The position numbers and the translations under genes are program-made. A stretch of 64,000 nucleotides of DNA from Candidatus Thermosaccharophagus tengchongensis (GTDB lineage: Bacteria; Armatimonadota; Fervidibacteria; Fervidibacterales; Thermosaccharophagaceae). The stretch lies in assembly GCA_032161105.1 (NCBI GenBank), contig JAVHTD010000003.1. One strand, 5' to 3'. Below the pieces are notes generated by a model that ran no database searches, had not been told where the DNA came from, and saw nothing but the letters and a program-made list of their open reading frames with translations. Positions 42,001 to 50,062 of this stretch are shown in pieces (the first letter of the stretch is position 1; each line of letters starts with the position of its first letter).

Positions 42001-42272
42001 TGCGTTGGAGCCTCACGGGACTCGCCCTGCCCACTCTGTTGAGCGCTTTCAATTTGCTTTTGCGGCTCTGGTGGGGCTTCCTTCTGCTCCGCTTTTGAAT
42101 CGCCCACATTAACTTCACCTTGCACACCACCAGCTTGCGCTGCCTGCTCTTGCTGGTCTTGAGCGATTGCAGGCAAATGAACCTGAGGAGCTGAAAACAC
42201 AAACAGCACCGCAAGGCATACAATGCGTATAGTCCTGCGGCGCCTGAGCAATGTAAGTAGGCAGCCTTTCAT
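39036..42272 (-). CDS. gspD: Type II secretion-like secretin with N0 plus six Secretin_N repeats
   Basis: Signal peptide, six [IL]xLx[YH]AxA...D.RTNSLIV repeats, and secretin core PQVFIEV...VPVLKDLPIIGSLF...TELMVFITP. Confidence 0.93.
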   Translation of the reverse strand: MKGCLLTLLRRRRTIRIVCLAVLFVFSAPQVHLPAIAQDQQEQAAQAGGVQGEVNVGDSKAEQKEAPPEPQKQIESAQQSGQGESREAPTHQFGRQFGFSETGRVVYDRELKLEFSFVRTDIEHVIQFFSKVTGKVFVLHPQLEGTVTIIAPSPLTVEQAFEVLSAVLHVRGFAMLGTPRDFIIRIVPLSEARTQATELRTETKPQQEMSPPQKGERPVVSPDQLVTQVIPLRYANAKQLQQELAPLISAQNALITSTTAGNLLIITDTQRNVERLMNIVRMVDVSVAEAMELAIIKLRHADAEQLAQILTRLFGIVEPTPPRPGTPQAQPQQPEGARPPAQPQPQPRAVELQVQIVPEPRTNSLIVWASKERLKMVRELVEQLDVETAELLTFEVIPLNHADAVEIDRILSEIFEAMPGARMEGGPAPSVRLPRTAETTRGVLSAYALISADPRTNSLIVAATAEKMQFIKAIVEKLDVDIMPPIEIEVIPLKYADAVTLADTLRTLLQEGFAVGRMPQDFRSQFERFRTRMATRSRGELERQIAIAADERANALIIAATKENIERIKQLVSELDKDFAPPVMARVFRLQYADAAQVADILNQLFEQTPGGQRGFGGFFWWWAGRQQPTGAARLVGLRRNVVEADVRTNSVIVTATEDNMREFERLIRELDQPAALTNLVRIYKIQNVNATELASTINSILAQQRRPTGFFFFVFAAMQRQFQGPLRNLQDISVTADAKTNSLIVTAPPYAFDVVEQLIEQLDTVLPQVFIEVMIVDVTLTKELELGVEWAVLQKRLFGETMDSKLGTEFGVQQIGAGLSWEVVSKNFQALLQTLALENKVRVLATPHILTLDNTPATITIGKSYPVPRNVIITATGPQYTIGFEDITLTLEVTPHINNSGYVLMDIRQTINDIAEKVILQGQELPVITKREAVASVQVRDGQTVVIGGILKHDLRKFVQGVPVLKDLPIIGSLFSRTKDVKERTELMVFITPRIIRTGEELQDITEREKRSLTYPQMLRKFMREENRDRVGGGEEGKGKPTGEQSNESAASVVDQQAVNLGEFKIEVEVNRNRKGD

Positions 42273-42372
42273 CTCGCCTCACCCTCATGAGCAGCTTAAA
42301 TTTTACGCTCACGGTTTCCCGATGCATCATCGGTTCGCATTCACAGTTGCTATTGCCATTGCGAATCGCCCT

Positions 42373-43314
42373 TCAATTGCCCTCCTCAGAAAACCTCCTT
42401 CTGAAGCGGCGTATGCGCTCCATAACATCTGGCGGTATGTTGTCCCCGTAGCGCTCACGCATGCGTTGCATCATTTGCTCAAAGAATCTTGAACGCCCCT
42501 CAAAGGTTGGTGGTGAGGGTGGTGATTGTGATGTAACCTGTTGCCCTGTTTGACCTGTTTGCTCTGTTTGACCCGTTTGCACAGTTTGTTGTGATTGCAC
42601 CGCCGATTGTTGTTGAGATCCAGATGGGCTTGCTGATGGCGCCCTTTGCTGGGAGACGCTGCGAGCCATCAACTCGCGCTTCTCTTTGTTCTCCCCGAGC
42701 GCGTAGTAAAAAGAATGACCGTCTCTCTCAAGCTCAATTGCATCCGGTGCTATGCGGAGCACGCGCATTCCAAAAACACAATCGCCCTCCTGGACATACA
42801 TGCCTTCCTTTGTGCCCAAGTTCTCAATCAGAGCGACCGGTTTCCCATTTACCAGAACGAATGCCGTGTATGCCATGTCCTTTGGCTTCTCCGGGGCGCG
42901 ATGTTCCCTTGTCATATGGGTGCTCTCTGGCGGCTGAGTTTGCACGCTCATTGGTGGCGGCAATGGCTGTAGTGACGGCGGTGCTGCCGTATTGACTGCT
43001 GCCATACGAGGCGTGCGTGCGCCCTCTTCGTGGGCTAAAACAACGGGCTTAAACACATTGCGCTCCCATATAGCGACATACCTTTGCACCGCCATTGAAC
43101 GAGCCCTCAGAATACCATCAATGTCAACATTCACATCCTGCGCATCAGCTTGAGCGGCGGGCTCAGTCGCCCCCGCAGTTGTAACTTCTCTCACTGCTTG
43201 GCTTGGTGCTCTCGGCGCAGTTGTATGCCTCACATACGCATAGCAACATGCAACCAGGAATGGAATGAAGATTCCGAGTATGATGGCATCTCGCCTGGTT
43301 AACTCAAGCCTCAT
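42373..43314 (-). CDS. Putative GspC/PilP-like connector protein
   Basis: One TM, RNVF motif, HR-like beta segment (ALIEN...YVQEGD), Q/T-rich tail; located between gspM-like and gspD. Confidence 0.6.
   Translation of the reverse strand: MRLELTRRDAIILGIFIPFLVACCYAYVRHTTAPRAPSQAVREVTTAGATEPAAQADAQDVNVDIDGILRARSMAVQRYVAIWERNVFKPVVLAHEEGARTPRMAAVNTAAPPSLQPLPPPMSVQTQPPESTHMTREHRAPEKPKDMAYTAFVLVNGKPVALIENLGTKEGMYVQEGDCVFGMRVLRIAPDAIELERDGHSFYYALGENKEKRELMARSVSQQRAPSASPSGSQQQSAVQSQQTVQTGQTEQTGQTGQQVTSQSPPSPPTFEGRSRFFEQMMQRMRERYGDNIPPDVMERIRRFRRRFSEEGN
42541..42588 (-). repeat. 9-bp-period coding tandem repeat (QTG/QTE/QTV)
   Basis: The minus strand reads caaactgtg caaacgggt caaacagag caaacaggt caaacaggg caa. 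Confidence 0.8.
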
Positions 43315-43319
43315 CTTGG

Positions 43320-43943
43320 TCACCGCGGCATCCTTGTGCCGCTGCGCTGCGAAGCTGCCCACTTGCCACTCTCAATGAGCACATACCTTGAAACGCGCAT
43401 TTGGATGCGCAGCCTCTCACCACCATCCTGTGATGTGCTAATAGCCATCCTGTCAACGATTGTTGGTGGCGTCATTCTGCGCAAGCCCACAAGGAAGTGA
43501 GTCAGCGCCTTCATCGTTCCATCCATTGTCACTTCAATTGGCATTGTGACCCATCTCCCATTGGGCTCGGCAACGGACTCACACGGTTGGAATGAACTCA
43601 CGCGAAGTCCACATTGAGCTGCTAACTCACTCACCTCTGAGACAAGCTGCGATACCAACTTGCCACGCTCAAATTCTTTAACCGGTGAGCCAATAAGCCC
43701 CTTCATCTTTTCATAATCGGTTTGAAGCTGCCTCACCAGTCGGATCTGCCGGTCAAGTTCGTTTAGCTGCTGCTTTTGCTCTTTAAGCGCCCTATACATT
43801 TGACGGATGGCGCTCTTAATCGGCGTCACCCAGAATGCCAAGATGAGGATGGCAAACAGCGTAAGTAGCCCATTGATGATCAAGATACGATGTGCCGTCA
43901 CCTTCATCAATTTTTGCTCTTCGTCCAAAATCTGCGTCACCAT
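43320..43943 (-). CDS. GspM/PilO-like assembly-platform protein
   Basis: TM, coiled coil and ferredoxin-like PilO segment (PIEVTMDGTMKALTHFL). Confidence 0.78.
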   Translation of the reverse strand: MVTQILDEEQKLMKVTAHRILIINGLLTLFAILILAFWVTPIKSAIRQMYRALKEQKQQLNELDRQIRLVRQLQTDYEKMKGLIGSPVKEFERGKLVSQLVSEVSELAAQCGLRVSSFQPCESVAEPNGRWVTMPIEVTMDGTMKALTHFLVGLRRMTPPTIVDRMAISTSQDGGERLRIQMRVSRYVLIESGKWAASQRSGTRMPR

Positions 43944-43946
43944 TGC

Positions 43947-45578
43947 TCACCTCATCGGGACTTGCACGGGTATCGCCTTACGGCGCGCTAATGAGCACAC
44001 CAACCTAAAATCAACGACAGTTCTTCCGGCTACTTCTCGGCTCACTACACTTGTGACAACCACATCCGAGAACATCGTGCTCTTATCACCATCGCCAAAC
44101 TTCAGCTGCCTAATTGAGCGCACCGCCTCATCAAGTGCACGATAGCTTAAAGCCGTCCCTCGCATCGTCACCTCTCGCCCGCGTGCGCACTCAAGTTCGC
44201 TTAACCAAACATCCTTCGGCAATGCCATGCTAAGCCCATAAAGCATCTCAAGCCAATCGCCACTAACATCGGATACCTCGGTGAGCAAATGGCGCATAGC
44301 TGAGACCGTTGCCATAAGGCTTCCGGTCGCAACCTCGGAACGCAGTTGCGAGCGCCTTTCCTCAAGTGCCTTCGCCAGCGCTTCGGCTTCCACTTGAAGC
44401 TGCTTGAGCTGCGAGTTGTATGAAAGCGCCAACACCACCAACCCAACATTTAAAGCGAGAAGCAAGAGCGCAACTTGTTTCAACACCTTTGGAATGATTA
44501 CCAACTTGAAGGGGCGTCTCGGGGCAAAGTTGAGTGTGCTTCTGCGCAGCGCCAATGAGCGCGCTGCACCATATGCAGCAGCCGTCAGCATAAATTCATC
44601 CTTGCCTATCAACCCTGAGTGGCTTCCAGCCAACCTCGGCATCTCAAGCAACTGCACGCTTATCCCGAGGCGCCTCCCAAGCCAATCAACGAGGTTTGGT
44701 ATAAGCGCGCCACCACCGCACAGCAAAACCTTCCGTATAGAGCTGCCGAATGCGCGTTCAACCATTTGCGCCGTTTTCAAAATCTCCTCCTCAAGCTTGA
44801 GGAGCCACTTAAGAACGGATGAACAGCCAACGGCATTATCGGCGCCTTGCGTCTCGCCCTCCCTCAAGAGCTCCAAGTCAATTCCATTCCTGCGCATCTT
44901 CCACTCCGCTTCCTCCGACGAGCAACTTGCATCCTCACTGATGGCTTTCAGGAGCTGCCCGGTGCCCACAGGAACACTCCTCGCCACAAAAACATCCCTT
45001 GCATGCCCAACAACTACATCCGTGCTCGCAGCGCCTATGTCAATCACACAGGTCAATCGCTCGTTAAGCGCTTCATCATTCGCTGCCTGCCAACAAGCGA
45101 GTGCTGATGGGGTGATCACATTCAACTCCAATCCGGCAGCATGGGCTGCCCTCAAGAGGAATTCAACCGCTTCATGTTTACACATCCCGACCAGCACATG
45201 CGTGCCATCGCGCCCGAAGGATTGCACGACATGACTAAACGCAACGCGGTTAAACGAGAACGGCATTTGATTTTGCATCTCCACCTGCGCCAGCTGCTCA
45301 ATCATCTCCCGCCTTTTTACCGGCGGAAGCGTTATCCTGCGCAAAGTGCATGCCGTCATCGGGACACAAGCGCATATTGCGGCATCATTCACACGATGCG
45401 CTGAGAGGACTTCGGACAACTTCCTTCCGACTTCCTCACAGCGCTCCTCACCCTCCAGTTGCAGAGCAACCCTGTTCAAACCGGCAATCTCAACCGAAGA
45501 ACCACGCCGGCGCAATATGACAACCTTGAGTTCGCTCTCACCGACATCAAATCCGACAAAGAAGCGCTTCCCGAACAT
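43947..45578 (-). CDS. GspL-like protein: PilM (actin-fold) domain fused to a TM and PilN domain
   Basis: VGFDVG, IDIGAASTD and LCGGGALIPNL, then a TM, coiled coil and LPKDVWLSEL...MRGTA. Confidence 0.82.
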   Translation of the reverse strand: MFGKRFFVGFDVGESELKVVILRRRGSSVEIAGLNRVALQLEGEERCEEVGRKLSEVLSAHRVNDAAICACVPMTACTLRRITLPPVKRREMIEQLAQVEMQNQMPFSFNRVAFSHVVQSFGRDGTHVLVGMCKHEAVEFLLRAAHAAGLELNVITPSALACWQAANDEALNERLTCVIDIGAASTDVVVGHARDVFVARSVPVGTGQLLKAISEDASCSSEEAEWKMRRNGIDLELLREGETQGADNAVGCSSVLKWLLKLEEEILKTAQMVERAFGSSIRKVLLCGGGALIPNLVDWLGRRLGISVQLLEMPRLAGSHSGLIGKDEFMLTAAAYGAARSLALRRSTLNFAPRRPFKLVIIPKVLKQVALLLLALNVGLVVLALSYNSQLKQLQVEAEALAKALEERRSQLRSEVATGSLMATVSAMRHLLTEVSDVSGDWLEMLYGLSMALPKDVWLSELECARGREVTMRGTALSYRALDEAVRSIRQLKFGDGDKSTMFSDVVVTSVVSREVAGRTVVDFRLVCSLARRKAIPVQVPMR

Positions 45579-45584
45579 CTCATC

Positions 45585-47357
45585 TCACCTTTCCCGCCAG
45601 TAGCGCACCACAAATGTCACATTGCCCTGCGATGCACCTTCCGACCGCTGCAACGCGCCCGCCGAAAAAGCCTCCCCACCTCGTTCCCCTTCGCCCGTCA
45701 TCGGTTGGGACAATACGCGTTCAACAATGCACTCTATCACATAGCGTGCACCGCTCCTCATCCAACCCACCGAGACGATCCTAAAAACCTGAGTGCGCAC
45801 GCTCACCTTATCAACGAGCTGTCTGAACGAACGCTCATCAACCGATGGCAGATCAAGCAGTTGTGAGAGTGACTCAAATGCCCCATAGCGCTGTCTATAT
45901 GCAACAATGTCACTCGCTATTTCCTGAGTCATTCCCGGGATGCTCATCAGGACTTGCAAAGGCGCAGTATTGATATTGATGGCATTATACCTCGCCCTGC
46001 CCTCCCAAATGGTCACTCGGTCAATTATCTGGCGCGCTTTATCTGCAGGCAGACCCGGCACCGAGAACAAATCGGCAAGGGAGCGGAACTCGTTTGAGGT
46101 CCTCTCACCCGATTGCAGCGATGCACTTTGCTGTGGCGGTTGCATTGCACCCTGCTGCGATGCACCTTGCTGCGGCGCGCTTTGACCCATACCCTGTTGG
46201 AGCTCCCCAGCACCCGGTTGGAGACCAAAGGGCTGTAAGGCTGCAGCTCGCCCGGGTGTGAGTTGAGGTGGTTGAGGTGGTTGACTACCACCTTGTGGCG
46301 GCATGTTCCCTGCGCCACTTCCAAACGGCGCACCCATGGGCGGCGTCAACATCGGCGGACGCTCCCCCGGCTGCACAGGAGATGGTGTGGATGGAGGAGA
46401 TGGCGTGGATGGTTGAGCTGCCGGCTGTTCCGCACCAGTGGGGCGTTGTTGGGTTGAAGGGCGCGGCGCACCTTGTTGGGGAGCACCCGTCCGGTATCGC
46501 ACAATCGCCTCAATCTCTTCGTCCGTGAGCACATCCCCAAGAACTCTCTTCATCTCCTCAGCAGATGCTTGATTCAAGTTTAAAAGCGGTGAGCCATCCG
46601 GCATCACATTCGGCACAGCCGAATATACTGTCAAGCAATCACGCAGCGGCAATGCGCCTTGTCCTTCGGCATCAACACCGCTCAGAGTGGATGAGGTGAA
46701 AGCGTAAAACCCATCCACTGTCATGCCGCGCACAAGGAGCAGCTCATGCAATGTCTCAAACGGGGCATTGCGCGGCTTGTATGGCAGTCCAGAGGAGAGA
46801 TACCAATCTGCCTCAGCGCCATAAGTTTGAGGTGTGTCATCCTCATCTCGCCAATCAATGATTGCGTCGGCGAGCGCCTCATCTCCGAAGAAGTTAACCA
46901 ACTCATCTCTTGTTGCGGTGTTCACATTCAGCTTCCCGCTCTCGTCCTCAACACGCACAACATACCTCCCAACATCGCTTAATATGCCGTCTTGCTCCGA
47001 GTCAATGAAAGCCCACTGGTCATTGTAGCTGTCAAAGTTCATCTCATCAGTTGAGAGCAGATGCAGCGCATGCGCGATGCCAGCCTTCGCAAGGTAGTAA
47101 GCTTTGACCTCGCCTTCATACAATGCGCTGCTGCGCACTTCCATGCGCACAGATAAAAGCATGGAAGCGGCAAGCAACGATAGCACAGCCGCCAGCCATA
47201 GCACAAATATGAGCGCAATTGCTTCATCACGGTGCCCTAAAATCGCATTTACACATGTTATGCGCCAATGACTGCATTGACGCTCTACGCCGCTTTGCTT
47301 TGATTGAGCAATGCATCCCTTCCTCAAAGAGAGCTTAAGGTTTGGAACCGCCCTCAT
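45585..47357 (-). CDS. gspK: Minor pseudopilin GspK with a Pro/Gln-rich insertion
   Basis: ALIFVLW TM, AYYLAKAGI, DESGKLNVN, AIIDWRD, NAPFETLHEL and ININTAP. Confidence 0.9.
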   Translation of the reverse strand: MRAVPNLKLSLRKGCIAQSKQSGVERQCSHWRITCVNAILGHRDEAIALIFVLWLAAVLSLLAASMLLSVRMEVRSSALYEGEVKAYYLAKAGIAHALHLLSTDEMNFDSYNDQWAFIDSEQDGILSDVGRYVVRVEDESGKLNVNTATRDELVNFFGDEALADAIIDWRDEDDTPQTYGAEADWYLSSGLPYKPRNAPFETLHELLLVRGMTVDGFYAFTSSTLSGVDAEGQGALPLRDCLTVYSAVPNVMPDGSPLLNLNQASAEEMKRVLGDVLTDEEIEAIVRYRTGAPQQGAPRPSTQQRPTGAEQPAAQPSTPSPPSTPSPVQPGERPPMLTPPMGAPFGSGAGNMPPQGGSQPPQPPQLTPGRAAALQPFGLQPGAGELQQGMGQSAPQQGASQQGAMQPPQQSASLQSGERTSNEFRSLADLFSVPGLPADKARQIIDRVTIWEGRARYNAININTAPLQVLMSIPGMTQEIASDIVAYRQRYGAFESLSQLLDLPSVDERSFRQLVDKVSVRTQVFRIVSVGWMRSGARYVIECIVERVLSQPMTGEGERGGEAFSAGALQRSEGASQGNVTFVVRYWRER

Positions 47358-47390
47358 GGCTTAATCGCCTCAAGGCGTGATGTTGCTTTT

Positions 47391-48362
47391 TCACCTTGCA
47401 CCCTCTTCCACCGGCTCGCCAACCTGTCTCTGCTCAAATCGCTGCCTTTGCTCAAGCTGTTGCCCTTGCTGTGTTCCCTGTTGCGCCTGTTGAAGATGCT
47501 CAAGGCTCAACGCAATTGGGATGTGGCGCACAGTCACGGGCACCGTCGTTGTGAAGATTAAAGGTGGCTCTAACTGGCGGATAACATTTTGGGAGCGAAA
47601 TTGCTCTATCACCCTCGTCGGGAATACACCAACTGTCACTTCAACTGCGGCTGGAAGTCTCTCAAAGTCCTGCCATTCATCCAACCACTGCGAATTGGTA
47701 TCGTCAAGGTAACGGAAATTGAGCAGCCAGATGTTCGGCGATATGACGGTCTTCTTTTGTTCCTCTCCGGTGGCTCTTTCACTCACCAAGCCGGGCAGCA
47801 GCCCAACAGCCCTGACCAAGCCTTCCTCGTTCGTCTTTGGGTCAATGTCAATGTAGTAGGCAACCTCAACAATGTCATACGATGGTTGCTCATGCGAGCG
47901 CGGGTCGTTGACGGCGGCGGTCAATCGGAGCGAATCCTGATCAAGCTGAAGGCGCTCATTGTAGTTATCCTCGGTGAGGAATGTGATGATTGAATTTGGC
48001 ATCGTTATCTGCGAGGCTGATCCAATTGGCGCACGCAGCATGCCCGATGGGCTCGTCTGAAAACCCGTGGTGCTTTGACGAACCCCAGCAGCGCCAGCAC
48101 CAGCAATCTCCTCGGGTAGCTGCACTTGCATCGGATAGCTACTTCGCAAGTCCTTCAAAATTCGTTCAAGCGCCATTCGTCCAACCCTGCTCAACTCCAT
48201 TTGCTCCTCGCAAGCCCGCTCTGAGAGCTGCACAACCCTGAAGGCAAAAGTCAACCCGCCAAATAGCAAGGTCGCAATCGTCAATGCAACGAGCAGCTCA
48301 ACCAATGTCACTGCCACAAGCGTGCCATAAGCACGCATTGAAACAAAGTTACCGGACTTCAT
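47391..48362 (-). CDS. gspJ: Minor pseudopilin GspJ-like
   Basis: Prepilin-like AVTLVELLVAL, FRYLD...W...LPAAVEVT; position in the cluster. Confidence 0.8.
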   Translation of the reverse strand: MKSGNFVSMRAYGTLVAVTLVELLVALTIATLLFGGLTFAFRVVQLSERACEEQMELSRVGRMALERILKDLRSSYPMQVQLPEEIAGAGAAGVRQSTTGFQTSPSGMLRAPIGSASQITMPNSIITFLTEDNYNERLQLDQDSLRLTAAVNDPRSHEQPSYDIVEVAYYIDIDPKTNEEGLVRAVGLLPGLVSERATGEEQKKTVISPNIWLLNFRYLDDTNSQWLDEWQDFERLPAAVEVTVGVFPTRVIEQFRSQNVIRQLEPPLIFTTTVPVTVRHIPIALSLEHLQQAQQGTQQGQQLEQRQRFEQRQVGEPVEEGAR

Positions 48363-48903
48363 TGCGCCCCTCCTCTGAAGGTGTATTCAAACTCTCTCCC
48401 CCTGCAGGGCTGCTTGCCGATATGCCTTCGGATCCCGTTTGAGGTAACGATGTTAATTTCTCCTCACCAATGGCTGTGCTGAGTGAAACCTCTCGCTCGT
48501 TAGCCCCCTCAAACCAAATCACCGTCACAGTTACGGTCCTCAAGCCCTCAACCTGCGAATCCGAAATTTGAGCCCTCCACTTGAACTGAGGAAATGCATC
48601 CCCGAAATCGCCCTCCTGCTCACTGGGCTGCTCATCAATTGAGGCGAGCAACTCCTCCATCTTCGCCCTTGCAAGGTTTATCGCCTCCGTCCGCCTTGAG
48701 AGTGATTGGACTGCCACAAGCCCGTTGCTGACACCTCGGACTATGCCAACCACAGCTATGACCATGATGGCAAGCGCAATTAGCAACTCAAGGAGTGTAA
48801 AGCCGTATGTGGCGCTCTTCCTCACCACTATCCAAACGGCGCTTGCGCGATGCATTGCGCAATCGGGCTTACTCGCCATTACCTTGTGGATGCCTCCCGC
48901 CAT
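48349..48903 (-). CDS. gspI: Minor pseudopilin GspI-like
   Basis: GFTLLELLIALAI, LARAKMEE and VTVTVIW. Confidence 0.82.
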   Translation of the reverse strand: MAGGIHKVMASKPDCAMHRASAVWIVVRKSATYGFTLLELLIALAIMVIAVVGIVRGVSNGLVAVQSLSRRTEAINLARAKMEELLASIDEQPSEQEGDFGDAFPQFKWRAQISDSQVEGLRTVTVTVIWFEGANEREVSLSTAIGEEKLTSLPQTGSEGISASSPAGGESLNTPSEEGRNEVR

Positions 48904-49547
48904 TCAACGCCGATCTTGGAGTTGACCGCATCAACGCTGATCGTCATTTGGAAGCGGCGCCACCCGCTCACAATCACCTTTGCGCCAGTAGCAGTCCCAT
49001 CATGGCGAAACAGGATGGCACTGAGCTTTGAACCGCTCTCGGCATCAGCGATGTCAACCTCAATCCCCTCGGGTATCCTTACGGAACCAAACTGTCTCTC
49101 CCCAACCGGAACAAACTCATCCGGCGAAAATTCAACCTGCCTATCGGCGAGCAGCATCACCAATTCGCTCGGCAACTCGTATTCCTTTGTCCCGATGGTC
49201 ACCTTGGACATCAATCCCGATTGGGCACCGCCGATGCCAAGCCGCACAGCATCCGTTAGGGTGTGCTCTTTTGGCACAAGCACTTGTATGACTCTCTCAC
49301 GCTCATCCAACGATACTGCAGTGATGCACCTTCGGCTTACGGCATACTGATGGGCGTAATTCATGCAGGCGATGATACGCCTTGAAAATGAGCGCAACCT
49401 CTCGGCATCATAGTAAGCGGTGAAGTTGGGCAGGGCAAGCGATGTTATTAGGGCTATGATAGCCAGCACAACGATGAGCTCAATCAGCGTGAAAGCCATT
49501 GTAAAGGCGTCTGGGTATCTCGCACTCACTGCTTGATGTTGAGGCAT
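48879..49547 (-). CDS. gspH: Minor pseudopilin GspH/FimT-like
   Basis: AFTLIELIVVLAII and ILFRHDGTA. Start placed at ATG 49547 to avoid overlap with gspG. Confidence 0.8.
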   Translation of the reverse strand: MPQHQAVSARYPDAFTMAFTLIELIVVLAIIALITSLALPNFTAYYDAERLRSFSRRIIACMNYAHQYAVSRRCITAVSLDERERVIQVLVPKEHTLTDAVRLGIGGAQSGLMSKVTIGTKEYELPSELVMLLADRQVEFSPDEFVPVGERQFGSVRIPEGIEVDIADAESGSKLSAILFRHDGTATGAKVIVSGWRRFQMTISVDAVNSKIGVEWREASTR

Positions 49548-49566
49548 GCCTTTGAGAGAGCGCTCA

Positions 49567-50025
49567 CTATTCCTCCCAGTTCCCGATGTCGGCATCAAGA
49601 CCAGTTCCACCTTCTTTTCCATCTCGCCCAAGTGAGTAAAGGTCAAAGCTGTCCACATTGCGCTTGCCCGGACAGATGTATTGGTAGTCATTCCCCCAAG
49701 GGTCCTTTGGCAGTTTGCCGTGCTTGAGGTATGGACCTTGCCAATTCTTCGGCGCTGGTTCCGTTGTCGGCTTCACAATCAAAGCCCTTAAACCTTGCTC
49801 GGTCGTCGGGTAATATCCGTTGTGCGCATAATACATGTCAAGCGCGGCTTCAAGCGCTTGGATGTCCATCTTCGCCCTCGCCCGCTTTGCCTCCTCAATT
49901 CTCCCGACAACCATAACGCTAACGCCACCGGCTAAGAGCACAAGTATGACCATCACGACCATCAACTCAATCAGGGTGAATCCGTTTTTCCTCCTTCTGA
50001 TCTTGCTGTGGCGTGGGATAGCCAT
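49567..50025 (-). CDS. gspG: Major pseudopilin GspG
   Basis: GFTLIELMVV, YPTTEQGLRAL, GPYL, DPWGNDY and DADIGNW. Confidence 0.96.
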   Translation of the reverse strand: MAIPRHSKIRRRKNGFTLIELMVVMVILVLLAGGVSVMVVGRIEEAKRARAKMDIQALEAALDMYYAHNGYYPTTEQGLRALIVKPTTEPAPKNWQGPYLKHGKLPKDPWGNDYQYICPGKRNVDSFDLYSLGRDGKEGGTGLDADIGNWEE

Positions 50026-50062
50026 TCTCTTTCGCCTCCCGGCAGCTTGATGTTGTGTGCCA

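Noticed and set aside
45780..45990. ComEA-like DNA-uptake domain implying a competence system
   Set aside because: HhH/SAM-like units are a normal part of GspK, and no comEC, comF or pilT is in the window.
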